Shown here: piece after piece, positions 1 through 13,217 of the stretch
Position numbering within the stretch: the stretch's first letter is position 1
Layout of the letters: each line of letters opens with the position of its first letter
Assembly: GCA_964252035.1 (NCBI GenBank)
Contig: OZ176207.1
Reading direction: 5' to 3' (one strand)
DNA: 64,000 nucleotides
Source: Podarcis erhardii
Taxonomy: Eukaryota
The notes under the pieces: model-generated
What the model was told of the DNA's origin: nothing
Database searches by the model: none
The model's input: the letters and a program-made list of their open reading frames with translations, nothing else
Program-made: the position numbers and the translations under genes

Positions 1-1256
1 TCAATGATGTGAAGCACCCTTTGCCCTGTCCCTGGAGTAAAGATTCCAGCATAGAATCTCCCAGGTGGCAGCGGAGAGCAGGATGTTGCCCCTAAAGCCA
101 AACGCTTGCTTTTCCAGTTTAGTCCAAATGTGCCTATCTGCCATTTCCTGTCTTTATACTGTGTCTCACTTCTTGTCTTCAAAATCTGTTTATGCCTTGA
201 AGTGTTTGTTTTGTTTTGTTTTGCCACAATACAGGATTTTCTTGGTGCTTAAGAATGATACTGTGTCTTGTATCAGGATATTGTATCATCGCTGTGCATT
301 CCTGCACGTGTCTGTGTGAGGCATTACATTGTAAACTGCAAGGCAGTAAAAGCCTATAATTTATAAGGCTATATTAGGTACTTACGGCATGTATTATAGC
401 CTCTCATTTATTCTATATATAATTCCATAGAGAGTTCGGGTGGCATTATAAACCACGAATGTATAGCTCAAGTGGCTTGTCATCTGAATGCTGGGACAGA
501 ATTTTCTTGTATAACAGTGTATAAGCTCTACTTTTCATAAGCCAAGGATAGAAAATTTCTATTTGAAGCCATTTCAGTTTATGTTCTCATGCGCCTACTC
601 ATGTCCATCAAAAGTGTTCACATGGGAATATGACATAATAAAACCCATGTAAAATCTGTTTTGTTTTTTTGTTATGACAGATGATTTTGACCCTTTGTTT
701 ATGTCCCTATATATCAAGTACAGCTGATTCAAAAACCTCCTTTGTCCCGCCCACCTGTCTTTATAAAGAATTTGTGCAAAATGCTACCCTGGCAAGCATG
801 AATGCCATTGCTGCTGAAGAAATACCGAAGCCGGAGCATTTTATGGGTTGTTTTTTAAAAGTTAATTAAAGCAAGCAGCAGTGCTTTCAGATCATACCTG
901 TGCAGAGCTGTAGCATGCAGAATCACTGGAATTATTAGGCACAGAGACCATTGCCACCATGTACAGCAGGAGTAGTGGCAGAGGCCACAGTGGTGGTGAA
1001 GGCAATGAGGGAGCCCACAAGGTGATTTGTCCCTGGCCACATGCACTCCTAGGGATATTGCTGGTGGGAGGAGCCTTAAGACTGATTTCTTTTCTCACTA
1101 ACTCAGTTTTACAAATGCAGAGCTTCAGAAGCAGTACAATAACCATATGTTGATAACTTTCTATCACGCTACCACAGCCTTGTCACTCCAATAGAACAGA
1201 CAAGCAAAGGAGGTTACAGTAAAGTACAGTGCAGCTACTTCACCCTTTTTCTTTTT

Positions 1257-1598
1257 AAAGGTAAAGGGTAAAGGGACCCCTGACCATTAGGTCCATTCGC
1301 AGACGACTCTGGGGTTGCGGCGCTCATCTCACTTTATTGGCCAAGGGAGCTGGCATACAGCTTCTGGGTCATGTGGCCAGCATGACTAAACCGCTTCTGG
1401 CGAACCAGAGCAGCGCACGGAAACACCATTTACCTTCCCGCTGGAGTGGTACCTATTTATCTACTTGCACTTTGACTTGCTTTCAAACTGCTAGGTTGGC
1501 AGGAGCAGGGAGCTCAACCCGTCACGGGGATTCGAACTGCTGACCTTCTGATCGGCAAGCCCTAGGCTCTGTGGTTTAACCCACAGCACTACCCATGT
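1257..1598 (-). mobile_element. Sauria SINE (Squam1-type), near full length
   Basis: (AAAGGT)n tail at the left end. Body is homologous to the copies at 15360, 34086 and 53872. tRNA-like B box GGATTCGAAC read on the - strand near 1529. Confidence 0.9.
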
Positions 1599-2257
1599 GC
1601 AAAAAGAAGTCCTAAAAGTTAGCCTGGTAGGCTTTCTGTTTGTCTTTTCCTCAATAATCATTTTTCCTCTTTCTGTTCAGTGTGCCCCCACTTCCCAGAT
1701 GTGCCTTAGAATAGTACCCCTTCCATAGACCCCTCAAAACAACTATAAATGGTATCAGATTGATGACTCGTGGAACCCTTGTATGCAGGTTGCTGCAGGC
1801 ACCTACTGGAGGATTTTAGAGGAGGAAGGTGAAATGTACTGTAAGCAACTATGAGAGGATAACTTGCAGATCACTTCCTTGATATGCTGAAGGCAGCTGG
1901 ATAGGCTGCACTGTGGCTACAGGCATTTGATCAGCTCAGCATTAATGTACTGGTGTGTGGACTAGTTTGGCACAGCACCTTGTCGTTATGTGACCAGCAT
2001 TATCCTGCTGCTGTTACCCTCAAGAATAGTGACGAAAAGCATTGTAGAGAAGGATGCAGAAAAAAATTGACCCACATAATTTTATTTGTAACTTCTAGTA
2101 CATCATAATGTAGGGATTGTTCACACCGATAAATGGATGAATGCATGATTTGTTTGATGATTGCAAACATTTTTTGGGGGGGAATAAAAGATGTAAGGTT
2201 TGGAGAGATAGAAAAGGCAAGGAAGCAAACTTCAAATAATCCACTTTTAAGTCTGTA

Positions 2258-2502
2258 CAGTGGTACCTCGGGTTAAGTACTTAATTCGTTCCAGAGTTCT
2301 GTTCTTAACCTGAAACTGTTCTTAACCTGAAGCACCACTTTAGCTAATGGGCCCTCCCACTGCCGGTGCGCCGCCACCGGAGCACGATTTCTGTTCTCAT
2401 CCTGAAGCAAAGTTCTTAACCCGAGGTACTATTTCTGGGCTAGCGGAGTCTGTAACCTGAAGCGTCTGTAACCTGAAGCATCTGTAACCCAAAGTACCAC
2501 TG
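2258..2502. mobile_element. Tigger/pogo-like (Tc1/mariner superfamily) MITE, family A, copy 1
   Basis: TIRs CAGTGGTACCTCGGGTTA / TAACCCAAAGTACCACTG, flanked by TA on both sides (2256-2257, 2503-2504). Four more copies in the window. Confidence 0.9.
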
Positions 2503-2530
2503 TACATGGATATCGATACCGATACTCTGT

Positions 2531-2580
2531 GTGTGTGTTTGTGTGTTATAAAGTGTGTGTTTATGTGTGTGTTATAAAGT
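2531..2580. repeat. Short imperfect tandem duplication, (GT)-rich unit ending GTTATAAAGT, x2
   Basis: GTGTGTGTTTGTGTGTTATAAAGT followed by GTGTGTTTATGTGTGTGTTATAAAGT. Confidence 0.8.
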
Positions 2581-3789
2581 GACTAAGTATACAAGAATTT
2601 TAAATCCAGGATCCAGAATGAATTAGTCTGAAGTGCTTTTTGATGCTCTGGTTACTATCTGTCTGTCTATTTACACATATACATATACCGTTCTAATTTT
2701 GGCCAGTAACGCTGAGACATGATAGTGGAAGATGATAAACAGCCTAAACAAAGGTCTTGGAATACTGCCACATGGTGGCCTCTCAATTAGGTGATAAAAT
2801 TGCAAAGAACTGTTTCATTTCAGCAGAACTGCAACTGGGGTTTTTGGTCAGTAAATTAAGCTGAGGGGTTTCTTCTTCCGTCTGTGTACAACAGGTGTAG
2901 TATGCTGATAATGTTATCTGCCTTACTCCTAACGGGACTTAGGCTGTGATTATAAATGTGTTTACTCTTGAGTACATCCCATTGAGATAAATGGGACTTG
3001 ATCACATGCTTCTGCTTTCATAGCTTGAATCATGGAGCTCTTCCACATTGATGCTAAATAGACCTGTCATTAAAAAGGGGGTGGGGGTGGGAGAAATTAC
3101 AGGTGTTTGATTTTCTTTGTTACTTTCTCATGTGTCCCTTCCAGGGGATGCTTATCTGCCCATTTAATCATAAATATAAGAATATAGGTATCATGACAAA
3201 GTACTCAAATTTAAGTGCCCTGAAATAACTGAAGAAGATACCTGGTGTGAAATGGGGCTTTTCATGTCCTTTTTAGTCTTTACTGGCCTTGTTTACACTA
3301 GTTTAATTTTTGCTGTGGACCGTTCATATTATCTGGTGATACATTACTGACTTAACTGCTGTTATGTAGAAGCAAGGAAGCTGCATTTTTCATATCTCTG
3401 TGTAGGAGATGAATGAATGGACATGAATAGCCTATCAAAAATTAGTTTGGATGGATATATTCCAATTAAGATTCTTCACTCTGTAACATCACAGTCCTCA
3501 GATGTGGAAGTCATTCCAGTATTACACTGAACGGTGATGACATTTTAAAATAGTAGAAATGAGCCATAAATTCCTATTGAGTATTTCCAGCAAAGGCTCT
3601 GTTAAAGCTTTTTGCCAGTATCCCATGTGTGACAAGCAAGCAAGCAAACAAACTGATGGTCTCCGTGACAGACATAGGGCTGTTTCACTATCTTGTTGGC
3701 TTTACTGGGGTGTCTGGGCGTGTCCTTAATCTATTATTTTTCATTGATAATACTCCTTTGATTGGGTGGTCTTGTCCAGACTGGTGTGT

Positions 3790-4335
3790 TTTGGGTTGAA
3801 CACAGCTACTCCACTCTGTAGCGGAAGTTGAATTGAGATAGGCCATGCATGGCGACTTGCGGAATCTGATGGATTTCCGAATGTCCAGGAGGATTTTCCA
3901 GCTGCCATGGCAGGCACTCCTGTTGAGACTCTTGTCCTGCTATGAAATGGTGAAGTGCATAGAGCCATTGACACGATTGCTCCTAGAAGGCCTTGCTGTC
4001 AGGGTCCAGAGGGTGCGCTGATACTCTGTTGACTTGTGTGCGATGAACCAGGAAGACTGACTGCTAGAAAACAGGGGGCATAAATGTCAGTAAGAGCCTC
4101 ACCAGAGGGGTGAAAGCACATATGGAGGCAGTGGCAGTGAAGAAAGCTCACTTCACCACCACCATTGTGTCTGGGAGATAATTGCTATGGCACCTTTGGA
4201 AGATGTAATTTTGTAAGGCACTTTTGAAGATGTTCAGGCCAGGTCATGGTGGTGGTTCCTTCAGAGAAGGCATTCTCTGTGGCAGCTGTGAAATTCCCTT
4301 CTTACAGAGCTGTGTCTGGTGCCTTCATTGTTTTT
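3790..4335 (+). mobile_element. Degraded L2 LINE fragment (ORF2 linker plus 3' region)
   Basis: Remnant codons resembling DFPAxMAGxPVETLV...EVHRAIDTIAPRRP, then an L2-type 3' segment (GGCATTCTCTGTGGCAGC...CTGGTGCCTTCATTG). Recognised by recall of squamate L2, not by search. Confidence 0.6.
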
Positions 4336-4341
4336 GTTGTA

Positions 4342-4511
4342 CAGTCATACCTCAGAGTGTTCCAGTTCGCGAACGTCCTTTGGAACCCGAGCATCCGATG
4401 TGGCTTCTGTGGCTTCTGATTGGTTGCAGGAGCCACGCCTTGGTATCTAAACATTTTGGAAGTTGAATGGACTTCTGGAATGAATTCTGTTCGACTTCCA
4501 AGGTACAACTA
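4342..4511. mobile_element. Tigger-like MITE, second family
   Basis: TA-CAGTCATACCT ... AGGTACAACTA-TA: imperfect TIRs with TA flanks. Confidence 0.6.
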
Positions 4512-4603
4512 TATTCTGAAGATGTAGCTCTTTACCTGGTCTTTTGGCACCTGATGCAAACCCCACTCTAAATAGTTCCCAGTGTGGAAACATCACTGTA
4601 CTA

Positions 4604-4956
4604 CAGGGGTGGAGAACCTGTGGCTCTCCAGATGTTTTTGGATGTCAATTAAGCTGATTAGCAGAGACTTCAGTTCTGTTCTCTCTTGGGTTCTGAGCAG
4701 GATCTGCAGCAGCAGCACCCTGCATTCACCATCTCATCAATGGGAGGTTAAATCTTGCTGCTTTGGCTGCATCCAACAATTTCCTGTGGGCAACTGCAGG
4801 GTGCAGCCAATGCAGAATTGAACACCACCCATCAGCTGACAACACTCGCCAATTGGACGGACACCAGCATGTGATTGGGGGAAATGGCCTCATAGGCCAC
4901 ATTGGACTCCCAGACAGGCCAAGATTGGCCTGTGGTCCAGACGTCCCCTACCCCTG
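4604..4956. mobile_element. Old hAT-like non-autonomous element
   Basis: Imperfect TIRs CAGGGGTGGAGAAC / GTCCCCTACCCCTG (11/14). TSD not preserved (4/8). Confidence 0.4.
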
Positions 4957-5955
4957 AAGTATTGTAAACAGAGAATAGCTGAGGGTCAAAATTAGAACCT
5001 TCAGGCTTGGGGACAGACAGTGCAAGTCATGTCAGAGTTATGATAGGGAGAAAATAAGTGCTCAAAAATTCCTAATTCCTGTTCTTTCACCCTCTGTTTC
5101 CAATCCGAGCAATTTTAAAGAGATGTTTTGCATTGCTTAAAATTATCTGTGTTTGCTGCTGTTATTCTGGAAGGAAATAAATCATGGGCTTTTGTGGGAT
5201 TTTAAATTTACCCCAAGAGTGTAAAGCTCGCATCAAGGCCTTCAGAAGAGGGATTAATTTCATGTATCTTTCAGGAATCCACTGGGTATTATCTTTATAC
5301 ATTATCAAAATGTGTTTTGTTTGATATACTTTAAATTAGTTTTTTTTTCCCTCCTCTGAATGTGGAGTGGAGGAAGAGTTTGTGGGTGTTTATGTGGTTG
5401 TGTTCACTGGCTGGTGTTGCAGCCGGCAGAGTGGAAAGCATGCATTTTGTAAGAAGGAAGGTTTAAGTTCTGCATGTCAGGATTCTAGAGTGATATAAGG
5501 GTTAAAATGCAGAGGAGAAAATTTTATCAGATCAGACTGAAAGATAAACAGAGAGCTTGATTCTAACCTGCCCCCACCCTTTCTAGTTTGGAGTCTGTGG
5601 ATAAGTGCCAGACCTTAACATCTCCACCATTCAGTCGTAGCTTCTCTGGACATCCTTTAGCTGATGCTGTCAACTCATCACCTTTCTTTCATTTGACTCA
5701 CTCTGTCTTTATGGATCACTGCATGTTTGCACGTGTGTGTCGAGCAGAAGGGCATAGCAGCAAGCACATCACCCTCAGAGGCTTCTTTCCAAGTCCAGAG
5801 CACTGGCAGCCTTTACGAGTCCAGCTCTGTAAACCCTCATGTATTCTCAACTTGGGCCTTGTAGGTATTATGACAAATCCATAGACCCACTGTGCAAGCA
5901 ATTTCTTGCAAATGTAAAAGTGATGCATTTTTAGCTGACATGCAGAAGGTTTGAA

Positions 5956-5958
<3 letters not shown>

Positions 5959-6002
<44 letters not shown>
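5959..6002. repeat. (TC)22 microsatellite
   Basis: Direct reading. Confidence 0.98.
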
Positions 6003-6007
<5 letters not shown>

Positions 6008-6472
6008 GTGTGTCTTTGAAGGAAGCAGTTAGTATGTGTATGTTGCTGTGGACGTGCATGCCTCTCCCTCTAGAAGTACATTAATATTGAATGAACAGTT
6101 TCTTAAATGGTTATCAACCAATGTCTTAAATATTTACTGAGATTGCCTCCCTCTCACTAAATCTAAATTCTAATCTGACTGTGCTGGTTGCCCCATTAAT
6201 TTAAGAGGGTAGGTATTTGGTGTAGTGCTTTTGTGGTTGTCTTGATTGCAAGATGCACCTTAGACCAAAGATAAAAAAGTATTTTTTAAATGTGTGTGTA
6301 TCTTTTTTTAAAACCCTCTTTAGCCTTCTAACTATGTCAAAAGGCATGAACGGTTAAACCTTGTGCAAAACTTCAAATGTTGAAATATTATTCAAATTGT
6401 CTGACTAGTTTTTTGTTTAGTTTTGGATACCATTGACTTATTCAGTACTTCTGCTGATCAAACCACACACAC

Positions 6473-6474
<2 letters not shown>

Positions 6475-6516
<42 letters not shown>
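6475..6516. repeat. (GA)21 microsatellite
   Basis: Direct reading. Confidence 0.98.
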
Positions 6517-6518
<2 letters not shown>

Positions 6519-9477
6519 CTTTTTTGGTGCTTACAGCACTAGCCCCTGGGGAATTTCCTTCAATATGTCTCTACTCATTTATTGCATGAAAGAACTTACC
6601 CACAGGATTATTAAAGCTTTTGGGTAGTCTTCAGGCATGTAGGCCAGTCCAAAAGTTCATGGGGCCCTGATGCACAACCAGAAGTTCCTATGGTTCTTTG
6701 ATTTCAGCGTTAGGGGAGTTCTGTTGGTATATTCTGCCCACATTAAAACAAGAAAAGCCCTGCTTGCCTAGATCTCCCATGCTCTCAACCTCTTATTATC
6801 GTCCCTTTACCCCATAATATACTTTCAGTCTGGTGAATTGGACATGATGGAGGTGAAAGGGTTAGACTGAACCACAGTGTTTCCCCAATTCTTACCTTCT
6901 AGCTTCGGCTTTCCCAAACTGTGGTCAGTAATCTAGATAGCTGGATCTCTTTTGGGAGAGGATCCCACAGGATTGGCCAAAAACATGGTTTTGTGTAGAT
7001 GTCAAATAAGCGTCCCTAACTTGCATGCAGCTGTGAGACTTCTTGCATCTTCATGCAGACCCCACTATATAGATGTCATTTTCAGTAGCAACTATGTGAT
7101 GGAAGGATACCTGAATCAGGCTTTACTTTTATGGATTAGAGATGTGTGGTGCATTTACACTGGAATACAATTGAGCATGCATCTTGCCAATAACCTGACC
7201 CTGATGTCATGCTGTCTTGCACTGTGAGGAGAAGGCTGCCTTCTAGCTGTGGAAAGGAAAGCAGAGAGGCTTCTGTCTGAGAAGAGACAGGGAGGAGATT
7301 TTCACTAAGTCCCCCATCAGTCTAGCACTATCTTCCACACTGTTCTGGAGTGTTCCCCACCCCTTGGGAGTTGCTTTTCAAAGGGCACAGGGGGCTGGAA
7401 AGGAAAGGGAACTGGCGAAAATTAGTTCCCCTGTCTATTTTATTTATTATGCTTCCTCCAGCAGAATGTCCCATGGATAGAGGTCTGTCACAGGTAACCA
7501 GGAATCTAACCCTACGCTCACCTGAAGTAATTTGCTTGGAAGTTGCAACACACACACACCATCGGTCTTTTAAAAATGCTTCTCTCCCCCCCCCCCCATT
7601 CCTATAACGTTTCTCCTCCCTTTTCATTTGCTAATTAAAAGTAAAGATAAATGAATACAGAAAACTGTTTCCCCTCCCAGTTTTGACACATCATTGACCA
7701 ACTGTAGCATTTGAAAATATCCTGTACTTTCTTTTAAAAGTGGTATTTCTTAGCAACCTTCAACTTTGCAAAAAGCGTATTTTTTGATGACAGTTCTAGC
7801 ATCAAATGTTTTTCTGTTATGAAGAAAGAAGCAACACATGTTTCCATTTTTGGGAGTCTTATATTTTGAGGTGGCATTAAGTCTTCCCTGCCCCGCCCCC
7901 CTGGCAAGGAAACAGATATCCTCCAGTAATTCATTCATTTGAGAGAGGAAATTAATGGCAAACATGAAGAAATAGAGAGTATTGGTTTCTTGTTTATAGG
8001 TACAACAAGGCAGGATAATTTAAAAAGGTAATAAACTTGCACCGTTTCCAATAATTAAATTCTGGTAAGAAGAAAGAAGTGAGGTGCATAGGTGCTTCAG
8101 ATATACTATGTTGATATATAATATGTTTGTGCTTACATGTGAATGTTGTTTTATATAGAACTATGCAGAAATAAAATTCATTTTGGTTTTTGTAGTGTGC
8201 ATAGAAAATATGGAATTTAAAGAGGCACAATCAACTACTAAGATCCACAGTAGTTTCTGGAACACCAAAAGCAGTTCTTACAATTATAATTATGAAATGT
8301 GAAGTAATAGTGAACAGGCTTCCATTCAGTGTAATGATTAGATAACTAGGGGGAAAGCAGCAATTATGTGTTCCTGGACCCCACTGGAGGTAGAAAGCAC
8401 AAAAAGCTTTATGCTAGGGCTGTGTATTATTACTAACATAGCACTTGGTATTTACTTTGCACTTAAAAGTTTGAATGGTCTGTCTAACAGAAGTAGGCAA
8501 TTTAATATATGTTTTGAAGTGCATTAAAATGTATACAGGACAAATCTCTTATTTTATAGCCTTTAAGGAAAGCAATAAATTTGCTCTGCAGGTGTAATTT
8601 GTAACACATTTGCATAATATTTACATGGGGCTTTCATTGTGTTTGATGTCGTCCCTTATGTAAGCCACTTCTCCATTATGTATCCTTGAGAGAAGGGTCT
8701 GGGATTAGAAGGGCAGGAAAGAGGAAGGAACAGAAAAGATAGGAAAAGTGAGGAAAGCATGAAGATGCTTTATAACTCTTAATGTTGGATGAAGGCAGGA
8801 GGGCACCTTGCATTAAGCATTTCTGCATCAAGGTTCATGGAAGGTGGATCAGGCTCTGCTAGTAAGATTTCTGGGCAATTTTCAAGACACCAGTAAGAGT
8901 TTATTTCTTCCAGTTTTTAACAATAGCAACAACAAAAAGACTGCAGACTTGTGAACAGTTACTTACCTTAGCATGAATCTCAGAACCTCTGTATTTCCCA
9001 GCTGGGACAATGGCACTATATGTGGAAGAGTGTTGACACACTCTTGCTTAAAATATTAGATATCCTATGGCTGATCTTGTGCTAATTCTTTATCTCTCAG
9101 CCTAAATATTGTTTGCCTGTGAAATACTAATAGCAAGTGATTGCCTTTGACTGACTCTTTGTCCATATATGTTGGCCCAGTCTTAGAATGCTGGAATACC
9201 TCATCTGCAGTAACTCAGATAAAGATTTGTGCTTGTAAACACATATCATCCCAATGCACTACACTCACAGCGTAGGTAGGTAGACATAATAGATCATTGG
9301 CTCCACACCAGCCATATCTTTTTTTATCATTCTGCATCTGGCTCTGATGGGTGGACCTTGTGCCTCCAGTAGAACAAACACGTAGATCTTGCAAGACTGA
9401 AGTCTTTCTCCTTTGTCACAGAATTTTAAAAAATGGAAGAATCTTGGCTTTCATTTTTGAAACAAATCTGTTTGTGG

Positions 9478-9545
9478 CCCAGCCTCCCTATACTTGGTGC
9501 CCTGCAGATGTTTTGGACTACAACTCCCATCAGTCCTAGCCAACA
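9478..9545. mobile_element. Half copy of the palindromic hAT-like MITE seen complete at 30225-30362
   Basis: CAGATGTTTTGGACTACAACTCCCATCAGTCCTAGCC is shared with the 23559 and 30225 copies. Confidence 0.6.
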
Positions 9546-12461
9546 GGTTTTTCTTGGTGTTCTTCTGGTCCTTAAAGCTAGCAGACAGAGCTGAAATGTA
9601 GGTGGGATTTTAGAAACTAGGTGAAGCTGAAGAGGACCAGCACTGGTCCTGGGAAGGGATCAGAGCATGCGTAATCCCTTGCTTGTCCCCATGACTAGCA
9701 GAACAATAACTAATTTCTGCCGAGTAAATATTTGCACATTGCTTGGCTCTTCTTAGTGATGAGTCTTTTAATTCTTTTAACACAGTATACACACACATTC
9801 TCTTGGCGTTATATACTAATAATAACAGTGGAATTCTGTGGATTTCCTGTTTTCCAGACAAAAGGCTCACTGAAAAAAACCAAAACACCCTGATAAATAT
9901 ATAGTTTTAGTTACAGTGTGAAAACTGGAAGCAAAGGAAGTTGGGAAGCCCTGACTCAGTAGTTGAAAGTCACCAGCTGAGGAGGATTTGATTTCGTGTT
10001 TCTGCTGTTAGCACCATTTTGTCACCATTGGGGGAATATAGTAGTTAAAAGTTTGTGGAATAAGAATTCCTCTAAATCCCAGCTGTGAAATTTCTCTGCA
10101 GGGAACAGAAGTATTTACCACTGGGCTTATATTCCATCCCTAAGTTCTATCTCAGTATTACATCCATGCACAAACACTTGAATTTTGATTGATATCTTTC
10201 GATAGTTCAACATCATGCTGTATTCTATACGTTACGCACATAATCTGTACAGAATCAGAAAAGAGCTTTTAAGCTTTAACACTGAGGACTGGTTTAAAGC
10301 AAATTTGAAAACGCATACTCCCTCAAATTAGGGAGGTGTGAAATCACCCCTTACCTCTACTTAACAGTAACCAGGAAGGCAAGGATAGAGTCATCCATTT
10401 GATAAAGTAAGTTCCATGCAAACTATATCCTGTAGTTATACTGGCACAGCTCACATATTATTAGTTTCTGGAAATGGACACTCTTCCTCATCAGTTCCTT
10501 CTTCCTCCCTTCAGTTCTCCCCTCTTCCCATGTACACATTCTGATTTGTCATAAAACATAGTGCTCTGTGGTGTCTGAATCAGGAAAGCCATCGATTCCA
10601 TCCAGAATTGTTCGAAACCATGGTTTGAAGAGTCTTTCCGATTCTGATTTTGTAGCTATTTGTCGTTTGCAGTAACCATTGTTTGCCCAATTTGGATTCC
10701 ATAGCAAATTATGGAAACTGTGAACCAGATAATGAGGAAGCACATGGACAGAAGGGGAAATATGCAAACCCAAAACATAGTTTGACTGTGATGCATGGAC
10801 TAGGTTATTTCTGCCCAGTAGAAAAAGAGGGGTGGCAGATAAGGATTGCTCTTGCCTGTTAAAGACTTTGCATGAGAATTATCTTGCCTTTATTGGATTC
10901 CATTCCATTCATTACTGGGATTTATTAGGCAGTTCTTTTCTCCAACTGTGAGCTGTTATGTCTATGCAACTTGTAAATAATACTTCAGTTAATGTGAAGG
11001 TTAAAAATTGTGCCAAAAACTCAGCAAGGGAAACTATTTCATTGTGTCAGAAAATACGAAACCCATCACTTTCATAGGCAGTTATTTACCAAATTGGAAT
11101 CTTAAAAGGATGGATAAAATATTACTTTATAGATACGTATGTTTGTGAAACAGATAAAAAAGGTTAGTCTGACTTGCTGCAGCTAATGTTACTTGGCACC
11201 ATTTAGCTACCTTATTTCCTCAGTACCCCAAAGCCTGCACTCTTTTCATTATTTAATTCAAAATGACTTTGCCGTGTTATTACTGTAACCTTTAGACTTC
11301 TCCCCCCCCCCTATATTTCTGTGCACATAAAAGTCCTATATTTAGAACCAGCCATAGGAGTCTAGCATCAGTAAATGCATTTGCAAGTTGGGGGCTGTAA
11401 GAAGGCATGTCTGTGCTGTGAAATAAATAAGCTATTAGCTATGCGTTGTGATAATATATACTTTTAGACCGTATCATTATTTCCTCATTTCCCCATGTTT
11501 GTTTGTTTATTGCACGAAGAGAACCATTTTTCCTTCTTTTCTAAAAGAGTGCAACTTAAACTATGAAAGAAAATGATTGCTGTGGATAATTTAATGTTGA
11601 AATTGTGGTTTCATTGCAGGCTAAACTTCCTGAAAAATATTAGCCCCATAAAAGCCCAGTTATGCATTAATTAAAATGATGCTAAGACGTAGATTCTCCT
11701 AAATTATTCTAATTTTTATGTGGAGCAAAGCTAAGGAAAAACACTCTGTGCTGTGTGCACCAAACTGCTCTTTAAAGTAATATCTTTGTATTTTAGTTAG
11801 TGCTTGGATGACACAGATGAATATTAAGTGCATGTGTTGCAAAGGATCATGGGGGCAAAGTTACTATAGTGTTTTCACTAATATATTATACCCAAATTGA
11901 TAGTCTTTGATGTTTCCAGCATGCTAAAGACCAAGTCTGAGGAAGCTATTTGGGATTTCAAAGAACTTGGATAAAGTTACACAGCAGGGCTGGAAATCTC
12001 CTTGAATTTTGTGTTGCAAGTGGACAAAGACATAGTTTCAGTGCATTTATTAGGCCCCTGCTGTAGAAGCAAGGAACAATAAACCATCTTTTTTAAGTTA
12101 GGAGATTTTTGGAACAAGTTCCTCTAATAAATCCTGGGTTAAAAAAGAGTAGAACGTGCTATAGTTCCAAAGTTGTTTATTCATCTGGAATGTATTAGGA
12201 TCCTGATTAATAAGAAGACATCTGCAGTTTTACATAAAAAGCAGAGAGGACAGTTTGGCAATTGTAAATGGAAATGGAAAAATAAAAAACCAGATACTCA
12301 ACAATATTGCTTTCCAGCTTTATTTTTACTGGTGATTACTTGAGGTATAACTCCTTTACAGCAACAACAGCAGCAGCAGCAGTGAAAAGGTGGGGGAAGT
12401 TGATCCAGAGAATTCAAATATGATGGAGAGCAAGGCTAGTGAGAGTAAATCAGTATTAGGG

Positions 12462-12584
12462 TAAGGTTACCAGATTTTTTTCAATGAATCCGGGGACACT
12501 TTTCAGTTTCAATTGATTTTGTATGAGGACTGGTTTGTAAATCCGGGGACTGTCTCCAGGAAACGGGGACGTCTGATAACCTTA
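12462..12584. mobile_element. hAT-superfamily MITE, 123 bp
   Basis: TIRs TAAGGTTACCAGA / TCTGATAACCTTA (12/13). Perfect 8-bp TSD TATTAGGG at 12454-12461 and 12585-12592. Confidence 0.88.
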
Positions 12585-12829
12585 TATTAGGGGCCCTTGA
12601 GGAGGAGGAGGAGGAGGGAAAACAAAACCCAAACACATCCTTCATCCACATGCCAGCAAACAACGTCACTCCCTGTCCCCAGACTTTGGCCAGCAACCCC
12701 ACACCCTGTCACCCCCAACCCTGTATAGCATTTGAATCTGCTGAATTACAGCTCACTAGGCATTTTTAGGTACATGTCCCTCATTCCTCTCCTTCTTTTC
12801 TCCTGTTGAACTCTTCAGGGGATTATAGG

Positions 12830-13217
12830 CATACTTCCCAACATTTATTTCTCCGATGAAAATCGGAAACATCCTATTCAAATGTGATAACAGCAGCAGC
12901 AGCAGCAGCAGCAACAACAACAACAACAACAACAATTTTATTATTTAAATCCCATCCATCTGACTGGGTTGCCCCAGCCACTCTGGGTGGCTTCCAACAT
13001 AATAAAATATTAAACATTGAAAAACTTCCCTATACAGGCTTGCCTTCAGATGTCTTCTAAAGGTTGCATAGTTACCTATCTCCTTGGCTCGGGAGTTGCA
13101 TAACTCCACATATACCCTCCAACGTTTCTCCCATGAAAATAGGGACATCCTAAGGAAAAGCAGGACATTCCAGGATCAAATCAGAAACTGGGATGACTTC
13201 TGTAAATCTGCAGGAGT
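12830..13217. mobile_element. Composite repeat: about 41-47 bp direct repeats enclosing an antisense L2 3' end with an (AGC)n(AAC)n tail
   Basis: ATAC...CCAAC...TTTCTCC.ATGAAAAT.GG.ACATCCTA occurs at 12831-12876 and 13112-13152. Between them lies CCCATCCATCTGACTGGGTTGCCCCAGCCACTC, roughly the reverse complement of the L2-type end at about 16350-16385. Confidence 0.6.

Noticed and set aside
7985-8600. AG|GT recursive-site-like motifs at 7999/8000 and 8591/8592
   Set aside because: Regenerated donors (GTACAA, GTGTAA) are far from consensus and the pyrimidine tracts are modest.
10455-10500. Hammerhead-like string on the - strand: CUGAUGA-GGAAG...UUUCC-A-GAAAC
   Set aside because: Core halves and a stem II are present, but I could not build stem I and stem III with a UH cleavage site in any topology; likely chance.
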